This document shows positions 27,250 to 38,772 of a DNA stretch of 59,378 bases, one piece after another. Under the pieces are notes generated by a model. The model saw only the letters and a program-made list of their open reading frames with translations, made no database searches and was not told the DNA's origin. The translations under genes and the position numbers were made by a program. Numbering within the stretch: position 1 is the stretch's first letter; every line of letters starts with the position of its first letter. Location of the stretch: the NCBI GenBank assembly GCA_003427395.1, contig BFEA01000026.1, positions 3,020,825 through 3,080,202 of the forward strand, in the 5' to 3' direction. This DNA is from Chara braunii. Taxonomy: Eukaryota > Plantae > Charophyceae.

Positions 27250-28924
27250 TTCATTTCTCGTGAGAATTTTTCTGTTGAAGAGGAAAACTATGAGAAACCA
27301 GCAATACCACTCAATATGATCCGAATGTTACGTCAAAAACTAGAGCCGAACATTCGGAGAGGCCGAAGAAAATTGAAAATGATGAGAGGTCGGTGAATCT
27401 TGGAAGTGAACATGCTCGAAGCGATCATGTTGTTTTTTGTGAAGTTGAACATGGATATTCGCAAGGGAATACCGTTGTTGATGCTGAGAACATGGCAGTG
27501 GAGGGGGATGGTGACGATTGTCGTGCTAATGGGGATGGTTCACGTAGAGGTCTGTCGGATAGGCCTATTAACCTTACATTTGTCGATGACGAGGATGATA
27601 GCGTTACGGGCAATTGGAAAGAATATTGTGTTGAATCTACATTCAAGAGAAGAAAGTGTCGTGATGCGAAAATCTTTTGGGTTCCCCGCAAGTGTCGGAG
27701 CCTACCTTGGATGATAATCAAGTGGAACGACAGCCTGTTGTTGATGAAACAGAACTCAGATTATGAGAGCGCTGAATGCGCTTTCTGACAATGCACTTGC
27801 ATCTCTTCCGTTTTGTGCACGGGTCGCTGGACGTGCACGTGTTCGTGATTCATGTTCGCAATCTCAACGCAGTGGAAACGAAAGCGATGTTTGCGCCACA
27901 TTGCAACCATAAAATCCTCCGGGGGTTATTGTGGCGCCCGATGATAACGATGCACCCACAATCCACACTCTGAATCCACGCTCTTACCTTGTTAGATGAT
28001 CTGATGATGCAAAAGGGTTAACATGCAAGATGTCTTGAATGAGGTGTTTTTTAAAATGTTTGTCAAAAGTGTCACAGTCATTAAGAGATGGACGAATATG
28101 GGAAAACGTTCTCGACTGGAAAATAAGCGAACTTACTGATATGCGGTTGAAACGACGATCCCCTTTTCCTTCACCCGTTGAATGTTTCGGATTTGGAGGT
28201 TTCTTTCATGTTGCAATCTTGTTTTTGAACGACAAGTCCGTTGCTCTCTCTAATGAGGAGATTACTAGGATGACAATTCATTTGCCACATTGTTCAACCG
28301 AAAGGACAATTCTTCATCGCTTTCACAGATATGCACGGATACAGAACCTTCTCAAAAGGATTCCTCCCGTGGTTGCTTCTTCCGCTCCTCGCTCCGCTCC
28401 GGTCCATAGACTTCCCCTTTCAAGCAGCATCTCCCTCAAATTTTCAACGTCTTGCGGATTTTGTTTCACCATTCAATATGTCAACACCGATTGTCACTAC
28501 CTCTGTTGTTGTTTCTGCTTTGTCGGCCGCTACGGCTACTCGGTCTGCTGTCAGTTGTATTGTGCCCGCTCTTACACCATCAAGAGATGATGTGCATGTT
28601 CATACAGGACCCTTGGGACAACCAAGTTCTTCTAATTTTAACATTGCCATATATGACTCTCTTGAATCTATTGGTCCCAAAAAGACACTTTCACACATGT
28701 CCCATCTTGACAATTCTCATAGGATTCAAAATATATTCGAAGCAGCAAAGGAATTGAATACAAGGATGAACACTTGGAGGTGTGTGGATGTTGTAATTCA
28801 TCTCGATTACAATCGACAAGGACATAGTCGATTCGAAACTTTCAAGGAGTATCGTCGCAAAGTGTTGCAACGAGTTTCTGTTCATGAGGTGTTGCAAGAG
28901 TATCATTCCTGCGAAAGAATTTGA
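27250..28924 (+). pseudogene. Decayed coding-like region, probably a Helitron accessory ORF
   Basis: Overlapping 100-200 aa ORFs with protein-like composition between the helicase and the putative Helitron 3' end; no firm family motif. Confidence 0.35.
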
Positions 28925-29079
28925 TTGGTCTTATAAGAGATATAGAAAGAGAGAAATGTTGACAGGGCGATTGTCCAGGCAGAGAAAGAGACAAATTTTT
29001 AGATAATCGTCTTCGGTTTCAGTTACGTAATTGCCCTTACAAGAGATACGAGAAGAGAAAGACAAATAAATGGGGGGGG

Positions 29080-29134
<55 letters not shown>

Positions 29135-29317
29135 GATAGAGAGAGAGAGAGAGAGAGAGAGGAGCAACAAAAGAGCAAAGAATAAAAAAAGGCGAAGATT
29201 TTTTATTTTATTTAAGTAAGCAAGTGACCGCAGTATGATCAAGGCACAATTATTATGTAATGGAATCAATATTGACTTAAAAAAATGGAATAATATTATA
29301 TCAAAATCATTTAAATC

Positions 29318-29577
29318 CTAGGCTACCAGCCGGGTCGCCCGGGTCCCAGGTGGCCATCCCGTGTAAGGACCAGGGAAAGTCCCAGAAAAAGAAAACAAAC
29401 TCCAAAAAATCTGAAAACAAACTATGCTATGCAGAAAAACAAACTAAACAACTTTTGCCTTAGGGTCACATCGAAATTCTTCACCAAATTTGGAATAAAA
29501 AATAAATTTAATATTTTTTTTGTTTTTTTTTTTTTGTCTGGCCGGGCAAGTGACCCCGGGCCACTCTGGTAGCCTAG
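29318..29577. mobile_element. MITE with CTA...TAG ends and 8-bp TSD
   Basis: TIR CTAGGCTACCAG/CTGGTAGCCTAG. TSD TTTAAATC/TTTCAATC (7/8). Shared AT-rich core. Confidence 0.85.
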
Positions 29578-29601
29578 TTTCAATCTTTTTTTTTTTTTTT
29601 T

Positions 29602-29647
<46 letters not shown>

Positions 29648-29776
29648 TTTTTCTTTCGTTCTCTCTGTTTTTTTTGTCTATCTATGTCTCTCCTCACCCT
29701 TTCTTTTGCGTTTTTTTGTTTCGCTTTTTTTATTCGTGAATTAAACTCGGACTTCGTAGCCAGTTACTCTTATTTC

Positions 29777-29820
29777 TGCGGGCGTGGACCGCACCTTCTG
29801 CACCGTGAGCGCTTGACTAG
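29777..29820 (+). other. Putative Helitron 3' end
   Basis: Short GC hairpin TGCGG..CCGCA followed by CTAG|T at 29817-29821. Confidence 0.4.
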
Positions 29821-29833
29821 TACATATATATTT

Positions 29834-30063
29834 GGGGAAGCTACGTGGGAGTCACAAAAATGAGTTATACTTGCACTATGGGTCAAAAATTCTCAAAATA
29901 CAGTTTCGAATTGCAGTTCGAGAAATGTATACAACCCACCTTTCTGGCCAGGTAGGGGGTCCGAAGTGCAATTGCAAACTGTATCTTGCCCCACAATACA
30001 AAAATAACTCGTTTTTGTGACTCTACTGAAGTTACATTTTGTGACTCTACTGAAGTTACCCCC
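29834..30063. mobile_element. Palindromic MITE family B, copy 2
   Basis: Homologous to 7070-7263 in reverse orientation, with an internal duplication near the right end. Confidence 0.85.
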
Positions 30064-31066
30064 TTTTGTTTTAGAGAATAATACATCCATTTCATGCGAA
30101 GAAATGCAAAGGGACACCATACATCTGTCGGCGGGTGTAAGCATGAAACCCGCAGTACTTTGGAGGCCGCCGATTTTTTTTTCCAATGGCGCCCCTACGC
30201 CGCGCTGCCTCTCCGAGTTTTGCTTGTCATGGCAAAACCTTTCTGCAAGGTTGGGGAAGTGTACGTGCGGTTTAAACCACCAGTACCTCTCCCAGCTATT
30301 TTGGTGAGATGCACCTGGTAACACGAGAGGTCGGCGGGGTTCAGTGCTACCGGATCGAAATGGTTGGCAACGCCAACCAAAATAAGAACTAGGCCGACTC
30401 GTTTTTCTTTGGCGTGCAAGACGATTTTAGGCTCGACATCGGTAGTTGAGAAAGGTACTGGTGGTTTAAATATGAATGAGACTCACAGGTTAAATCATCA
30501 GTACCTCGCCCAACTATTGAAGTCGAGTCTGAAAATGCCCTACGTGCCAAAAAAAAAACGGAGCGGCGCGAGCCTCATTTTGGCCGGCGCCACCAGCCAT
30601 TTTGGTCCAGTACAATGAACCCGAAAGTTGTGGTTGTATATGAGCCGCATATTTGTTTTTCAAGATGGACGAAGTACTGGTGGTTTAAGAGACAGGCTCC
30701 AGGTACTGCAGAGTCATTATCACTGTTGATTCATGGAGCGAAATCCGATTGATTGATAGGGTTACTGTGGATCCATTTGTTCAGAGACTCATTATCATTA
30801 TTGACTCATGGGACTTAGATTGATAGGATGCCGGACTTTGTGGCTCCAACAGTCCAGAGGATTATCTATTGAACTTTAGTTGTCACAAGTATTCACAGTA
30901 CGGCTAAGAGAGAACATGAAGTCTTTTTTTTTTTTCCAAGTCCTTATCCAGGTCAAGCTTATTATTTTTGAACTATGATTACATGATAGATTCAGGGTAT
31001 CAACCCTTATTAGGCATCATCGGCAGCTTCTGACTGGAATTCAACCACATAATTCTTGGGTATTAT

Positions 31067-33017
31067 GAGTCTCTTTAGATACTCCTAAAAATGTCAGTTT
31101 TTAAGAATGCATTGTGGTTAGAAGCTTCTTAAAAATGAAATCGTGAAGAAAAATGTGAAGACAACGTTTTTTATTTTATTTTTAAGAAGACATGCTCCAA
31201 TCTATTCGTGGGGAGCAGCACGTGCTGGGAATCGGGCCCAGCGTCCCATATGAAGACTTGTAGAAAAGATTTATGAACAAATTGAAGTACCGAGGCCATT
31301 ACTTGGTTTAGGTTTGAGAGTATCCTCCAAGATCATAAACAAGCTGCTGAAAATCGGGATAGATAATGAACAAAATTAAAAAAACTACGAATATAGATGA
31401 TGAGAAAAACTACGAATCATTTTTTACGATCACTAAACACCTCCTGAAGTCCACCCGCAATTCTCTGAACACTCAAGTATCTAAGGGAATTCCAGCAGAT
31501 CATATAACAAAGCTAAAAAAAAACGACTTATTCTCTGACAAACTCATCCAGACCTCACGCCCCCCATCCGCTAGGTTACAGAGCAACCCGACTCACTCTA
31601 GCTCCGACCAGTGTCGTCCTGTGTCCGCAACCCCAAGTTGTCCCTTAGGATGCCCCTGCATAGCATCCCCACATCTCTCTACAAGGCCTCATGCCCTCAC
31701 CTTCGCCAATTTACAGGGCATCACCCCGGCTTCGGCCAGCGTCGTTCTGGCATGGAACAACCACGGATCCTGAATATAATAGTCTAATTCCAGTGCAGCT
31801 TCGTATAAACCACCAACAGTCTCTCAGAGTCCTGAGAGATTCTTCAAACTACCAGGAAATAACAAGGGTGCTTGTTTTGAATATTCTAGAAGAATCAGAA
31901 AAGGTCCCAACCAAATTCAAGCAAAGGATATAGAAATTCCCCCATTTCCCCTCATCCCCCTGCCCCGAAGCTGTCTCAATGGAAAAGGACAGCCCCTGAT
32001 CACGAGCACTCCTCATCGCCCCCAACTTGGGACAGACCCATTTTCCCCCCTACTCCCACTAAAGGCATCCAGTTCCCACCCAAACTATGCCTCTGCCAAC
32101 CCCTTACCCTTATCTGCCTCCGCTGGGATATGATGTCGACCCATACATCTCCCCCAACCCCAAAATAGAGCATCCCCCAAAATCTGGCCCGTCTCCCTTC
32201 AGGACAATCACCTCCCTCCTTGTGAAGACCCTGCAGAGTAGAGTTTTCCCTCAACCCACCCCCTCACTAGAAGTAATTTGTTTACACTAAAGAGGAGAAC
32301 CAGAATTCCAGATTTTGCTGTAGATTATTTCCTCCCCTCCCCTACATCTCCGGCCCCAACTTGGGATATACCTGCCTCCTCCCCCTACTTCCACTAAGGC
32401 ACCAATTTCCACCCAAAGTATGCCTCAGCCACCCCCTCACCCCTATCGGTCTCCGCTGGGACATAATGCCAGCCCATACATCTCTCCCAGCCCCAGAATA
32501 GGGCAACCCCCAAAAATTTGCCCCCACTCCCTCCAGGGCATTTCACCCCCCACCTTGTGAAGCCCATGCGGAGTAGAGCTCTCCTCCTTAAAACCCCAAC
32601 CCTCCACCCAGACAGAAATAATTCATTAATGCGGCCGAAGGGGAAACAAAAATTAATACTGGAGAAAAAAAAAAAACGAGCCTCAAGAGTTTTAGGAACT
32701 CAAATTCCTAAGATATGAGTGGAAGAATAAGAAATTTATAAGAATTATGATGAATAAAGGTAGATGAGAGTTTTCTTTTTTTGGATTTGCTGATGACGAT
32801 GAACAGCATCCTGAAAATGATGATGATGACAACCAACTCACCTGCTGATGTGAAAGGCAAACAAGGCCTTGAAAAGTAGCATCTAATGATAACAAAACGA
32901 TGATGATGATAGTAATGATGAAAATGAAGATAGAATGATGTTGCCGATCATACTGAAGAACAGTACCAACAACGCCCTATGATTACAAATTGATGATGGT
33001 GATGATGATGATGATGT

Positions 33018-33052
<35 letters not shown>

Positions 33053-35275
33053 CTAATGACGAGAACCTTGGATGATAGCCTAGTGATGATGATGGTGAGC
33101 AGCGCCCTATGATGACGAGCTTCGCCAACAGCGCCTTGTGATGAGGAACTATTGATGATGGTAAAAATACTGGCGTAATGACAATGATGATGATGATGAT
33201 AACGACCAACCCCTGTTGCACCCTATGAAGACACAATGATGATGATCATCATCATGATCAGCAGCGTGGATAATGACGCCATGCATGCCTTGATGTTGAT
33301 GACGAGCGACACCCTGATGATGATGATAGTGATGACACCTGATGCTGATGACGAACCATTACCGTCATGATGATGTCGAACCACGCCCTGTTGATGATGA
33401 TGGTGATGATGATGATAACGACGAGCAGCACCCTCATGATGATGACGAACCCTGACTGTGATGATGGTGTCAAACTGCGCCATGTTGATGATGGTGCTGG
33501 TGATGATCAGCGCCCCGTTGCTGATGCCGAGCAGCGCCTTGATTATGCTGACGCACCCACTTCCTCATGATTGCAGTCGCCACTGCACTCACACTTCAAT
33601 TTACCAAGGGCTGACTCCACTATACTCCACCGGTGTTGACATAGCCAACGCCTCCCAGGCCATATGCCACGTGCAAAACCACAGCAGCAATGGAGTGAAA
33701 CGTGGAACTCCCAGAAGAAAAAGGCCAACGGGAGTCAATCCATCTGCCACATCAGCCTGTGACGTGGTGTGGAGAAGCGCCTCCGGTCACCTGCGCGTGC
33801 GCAAAGCGCCTGGTTGAGAGAAGAGATGGCGGCCATCGCCGTCGCGCGCCTTCACCATGGCCCACCTGTGTGTTGTCCCAACCCAGGGCGGGGTGCAGCG
33901 CTCCCGGTAGCGCCGTGCCCCCAGTCCATCCCCCCACCCTATCCTCCTCCCACTCCGATGTAAGGAGCGTTCCTAAAACTTTTTAGGAATTCCCAGGCAA
34001 GACGACCGGAAAAAAAACGCTCCTCGTGGGGAACTGTAAAATTCGGGAGTCCGTGTTTCGTGGAGATGCTCCAACGCATGCAGGGAAGCAATGTGGCGAA
34101 CTTCGTGGTGCATATGTTGTCCGTGGGGCCACTACGCAGACATTGCAGGCCTTCCGCGGTGGAACGAGAGCAATGGCAAGAACCGGTAGCCGTTGGGGTG
34201 GAGGCCTTGGCAGGGGACGTCATGCAGTGTCCTGCCCCTATTGTAGTCGACTGTTGGGTGCGGAAGGGTTACGGGGAAGGAGAAGGGCTGGTGCGCCGCC
34301 TACAGTTCGAGAGGTGTGCGGGTGGACAACGAGGGCCAACGGTCGGAATTCGAACTACTTCTGCATTCCCCCTGTGTACGTCTTCTCCACATGGTGCCAC
34401 ATTACCCTACTGGACTTCCTTGTCGGCATGTTGGATCTTAGAGTTGTCAGTTAGGCGGTCCTTGGTCTCCCTCCCATCAGCGTTGGCATTATTGGCGCAT
34501 CATTGTCCACGATTCATGGCCGGTGGGTATCGGAGGATTCCGCTGCTTCTGTTCGTCATTGTCGTGTTCTTGTTTGTCGTCTCCGTCCACGTATGCTTCT
34601 TGTTTAGGCTGCTGATGCAACGGTTGGAGTTGAAAGGAACATGCAGTGAACGACGCATGGTGAGTGTGAATGCCGGCAGAGGAGGAGCGACCACGAGTCT
34701 GACCGGGTTGGCTGGGGGTGTATACATTGGCCGTACGACCCCTCGCTGTACAGCCATCTACCGTCGTACGAGCCGCCTCCATCACCAACCTTGCGTCCGT
34801 CTTCGACTTGTTCAACATCGGCCGGCGTCTGTATTCTCTGCATCCCAATCGTTACATGTCGCTCACTCAAGTGGGAATCGGTAGGTGGAACACAATGGCA
34901 GCTCCCTGCATGCTCCTTGCATGATGTCTTTGTACGTTATCAATGGCGCTCCGACCTCCTCCCGCCGCCCTTGCCCACCCCTGCAGGGATTCGAATTCGA
35001 ATTTTCGAAAAGCTTTCCGCACTGTTTTTTTTCCACCATTCAAGCCGGTTGGGGTCCGCACCCCAGTGTACCACGGGCACGGGACGGCAAAGGACGGGCA
35101 TTGGCGGCGTGACTCAGTATACGCGATATGAAAGTGTTCGCGGGCTACCATTTAGGACTAGTCCTAAGACCTGTTCTCTTACGATTCTTCTAACGAAGAC
35201 ACGGCGAGTCCTAAAAATATTTTATGACTCGTCCTAATTTATTATGGATTAATTTAGGAGTGTCTAACGAGACCC
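31067..35275. mobile_element. Non-autonomous PIF/Harbinger-like element with a nested retroelement
   Basis: TIR GAGTCTCTTTAGATACTCCTAAA / TTTAGGAGTGTCTAACGAGACCC. 3-bp TSD TAT on both sides. Confidence 0.7.
31166..33958 (-). mobile_element. ORF-less (CAT)n-rich non-autonomous retroelement, copy 2
   Basis: CpG-rich head, (GAT)n body, duplicated G-rich unit (31990-32260 and 32345-32600), LINE-type 3' motif at 31193-31247, A-rich tail. Confidence 0.7.
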
Positions 35276-35289
35276 TATGCCCTGTCTGG

Positions 35290-35400
35290 CTACTGTCTTC
35301 CCCCAAACACAACGCAATCTTGTCATGCCTGCATCAGACTGAGAAAGCAAGCTTGATGTATTCATGATCAGGGTGCGTCGTGTTCGGGGGAAGATGGTAG
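35290..35400. mobile_element. 111-bp hairpin element with CTA...TAG ends
   Basis: 27-bp inverted ends (23/27). Flanks CTGTCTGG/CGGTCTGC (6/8). Confidence 0.6.
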
Positions 35401-35549
35401 CGGTCTGCATCAGCAAACATTAAGTCTCCTACCAGCGTACCATACCTGATTGTATCTTAGCCACCCTTACCAGTCTCACAACAGCCCTCTGGGTCACCAC
35501 CGACACTACTTCAGGGTAGCACACCACCTTTTGTTTTTTGCTTGACAAA

Positions 35550-35750
35550 AATGTTTTTGTTTTTCCCCCCCCCCCAAATGCTCCGATCTATTCGTGGGGA
35601 GTGACACAGCCCAGCGTCCCTTATAAGATTATAATAAATATTTGAGGATACAAGGACCATTACCCAGCTTAGGCTGAGAAACTTTCAGCAAAGCTATTGA
35701 AATTCATGAACAACTTCTAACCTCACTTCTACCAAACCCCACATTCCAAT
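35550..35750 (-). mobile_element. LINE-type 3' end fragment
   Basis: Internally deleted 3' motif at 35579-35620 plus the upstream GGGTAATGGTCC block shared with 6404 and 31290. Confidence 0.7.
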
Positions 35751-36177
35751 CAGCTCGCCACCTTGACTGACAGTCTGACACCCACCATCGTCATTCTTGG
35801 TCTGGCAAGTCCTTCAAGTTATGTGGTCAAAGTGCTCCGGATCACACGATAGATTATTCACACCCACCCCAAAAGCAACAGTCCAACCTTAGTAGCCCTC
35901 ACCAATTCAGTGATGGAGGCAGGAGTTGGACCCACATCCAGGGGCCGACAATTCGTTGTTTTCGCCGGCAAAATCTGTGCAAAATTCAGCGAAAAAAAGC
36001 AAAAAATCGGCACAATATGACAACTTCGGTGCAAAATTCCCCCAAATTAACAACCCCGATTAATCACCTGTGACGGAGGACAGTCAGTCCCCTCACTTCA
36101 CTTGAGGGCAATCAATGCTGTCCCTGAATGTCCTTATGTTTACACTGAACCTGGTTTCCAGCCTGTTCAGCACCCCA

Positions 36178-36325
36178 TGAGAAGACTGGAGCCATCATGA
36201 AGGACTGTGAGCAGACTGCAGCCATCATAAACTAGTGTGAGCAGACTGTAGCCATCATAAAGGAGTGTGAGCAGACTGCAGCCATCATAAAGGAGTGTAA
36301 GCAGACTGCAACCATCATAAAGAAG
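36178..36325. repeat. 30-bp minisatellite, about 5 copies
   Basis: GACTGCAGCCATCATAAAGGAGTGTGAGCA repeats. Confidence 0.92.
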
Positions 36326-37269
36326 CGGAGAACGTGCCGCTCCCCACCAATAGGTAGAGCAGCCTGATAGCCAAGACCTTGATCCCAACGGTTCCCTCAC
36401 CACCATTGGGATGGAGGGCTTGTGAAAAGAGCGCTTTCTCATAAATACAAAAAATGTGTAACTTTAGTAGATTCACAATAACAAGTTAGGGGATCATTAG
36501 ATACTTCTTGTTGCGTGTTGGGGGCCAATTGAAAGGAAGTTTCCTTCGAAGTTTGGAAGGAAATTTCCGGTGTCGTTCCACCTGTCCTGGAGGTGGTCTC
36601 CCGAGGATGATTCCTTTTGGCCCCCCGCGACCATCTTCATTAGATTATAGTTGGCGGGGGGGGGGGGGGAAATGCCTTGGTCCATCATTGGGTGATGTCC
36701 GTCGTGCGATGGTCCAGCTGCCAAAGCCAGGAAAATTTGAAAGGCGCTGGCAGCGAGACAAAAACTTAAAAAACAATCGACATCCCAGTTCGAAAATCAA
36801 AATTTGAATTGGGTGCTAGTCTGCTAGACATGATGACGGCGACGCGGGGCAGTTGACATCCATACTGGTGACGGTACAAACGGGCATTTGCAGCACCGTT
36901 GTGACGAACCATCTTCTGTAATTGCGCGACTTTCTGCGTGAAGCTGCTTGGGGGAATACGACGGGTCGAATGGGCGAGTTGTGGGAATATGGGTCGGGCG
37001 GGTTAGTCGCATGGATGCCCTCGTATCTTTTTGTTTTTGCTGGAAGTTGTCGGATCGGTGTCGGGAAAATCCCATACCAACGGTTGGGTAACCACGCCTT
37101 GGTGAGCGCGAGAAATAACTGTACCGTAGCTTCTTTCTTGTTTTGCTGTAAGCACTGGGGATTTTGGCGCGATCATCGTGGGGGAATATCGTTTCTTGAA
37201 TTTTCAACTGAGGCCGAGCCCCCACGGGCTCGCGGAATTGTTTTTCGCTTCTGCTTTTTCAGAGTTTCC

Positions 37270-38046
37270 TTTTGAACAGCATTCCCATCCAAACTGATTC
37301 CAGAGACTATAGAACATATATTTCTGCAATGCCCTGGCTCTGTATGGCTATGGCGATGGTGGGACAGGATTTGGAACCAGTTAGAAACATCCCTCCCATG
37401 GCCATGGAACTGGAAAGCGCTCCTTCTGGAAACTTGGAATCCAATTCAAACAGATAACTTCACATCTAATCTATTCACAATTGGAAGAAGAGCAGTTATC
37501 TGGGCATTATGGACCCGCAGATGTACTTACGAAATGGAGGGCGCCCGTCTTGATGGTCCATTCAGGGCTGCGTTCAGGATGAGCCGCCAAGGAATTACCG
37601 TCTAAGCTTCAATGATTGGATCAATATTGACCCTACCATTCCAATGAGACCACTATCAGAATTCCCGGATCCTTTTCCCCCTGTTGGTCTGGCGTTGGTT
37701 CCCAGATCCTAGTATATGCCAGAATTAGAATAGCAACGCCAACTTTCTTCCAATTTTTATTGGGATCAAGCAAGTGCTAGGTGGTCAAGTACATATGGCG
37801 CCCGTACAGGGTGAAGAGGCACAAAATATCAATCTTTGTCTATCTTCCTACTCAAGATCATACGAACAAAAGGGACGCTGGGCCCGGTTCCCAGCATGAG
37901 CTGTACCTTTTCTGATATGATGTCAAGGGACGCTGGACCCGGTTTCCAGCAAGTGCAACTCCCCACCAATGGAAAGGAGCCGCTTTCCAGGTGTTAGCGG
38001 TGTCTGATCTTATCAGCATCACTAACACTTTAGGGGGGTCTGGTTG

Positions 38047-38074
<28 letters not shown>
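37270..38074 (+). mobile_element. 5'-truncated LINE (zf-RVT tail plus 3'UTR)
   Basis: TIEHIFLQCPGSVWLWRWWDRIW. 3' motif twice (37871 and ~37927), terminal hairpin at ~37991-38028, poly(A) at 38047-38074. Confidence 0.9.
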
Positions 38075-38078
<4 letters not shown>

Positions 38079-38717
38079 TTTTTTTGCAATTAGGACTCAG
38101 GCTAGGAATTTAGGTACTCTGAATTTTGTTGCGCCACGGTTGCGCGCATTTTGTTGTGTTGGGAACTGGGCTCTGACTGGATCGCGCCCTTAATCTTGTG
38201 CAACTGTCGCTTTTGGCGGGCGCGATTGTAATTGTATCTTTCTTCCTTGAATTGCCCGCCTTCTTCTTCTTTGTCTTGCACGCTTGATACTCCGTTCTAA
38301 TTGGCCTGAGTACCTGCATGACCGGATCGATGCGTGGAGTGAGGCTACGACCCCCACGCCGCGGCCTGGCCATGTAGATGTAGGCACTTCCTCTCTTCTC
38401 CTCTGGTCCACCTGGGCTTAATCCCGTACCTTTCGCGCAGGCATGCATGATATAAATTTTGCAAGCGTGATTAGTTTCCTCTCTAAGAATTTCGAGGTTA
38501 GTGCGATCAGTGAGGGTCGGCTAACGAGCAAGTTTGGAAGGTAAGTGAGTGCGAGAGTTGGGCGATCCGACGAGCTGGTGTCGGGTATGCGGGGTTGACG
38601 TGCGGGGCCGCAATAGACTGTGGCGCACAGGCGAACTTGGCTTGCATGCTCGAACCAAGCGGGGTGACAACTCTGCGTGGATACGAGGCGATGGACTGCC
38701 GGTATCGAGGGTGTAGA

Positions 38718-38772
<55 letters not shown>

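Noticed and set aside
34060-34884. 274-aa ORF as a Harbinger transposase or Myb protein
   Set aside because: No DDE or Myb/SANT motifs; most likely a chance ORF in GC-rich sequence.
38305-38342. Minus-strand CACTCCACGCATCGA..GGT..TGCAG resembling the vertebrate U2 3' end
   Set aside because: No branch-point recognition sequence or Sm site upstream, and it does not fit a plant-type genome. Probably chance.
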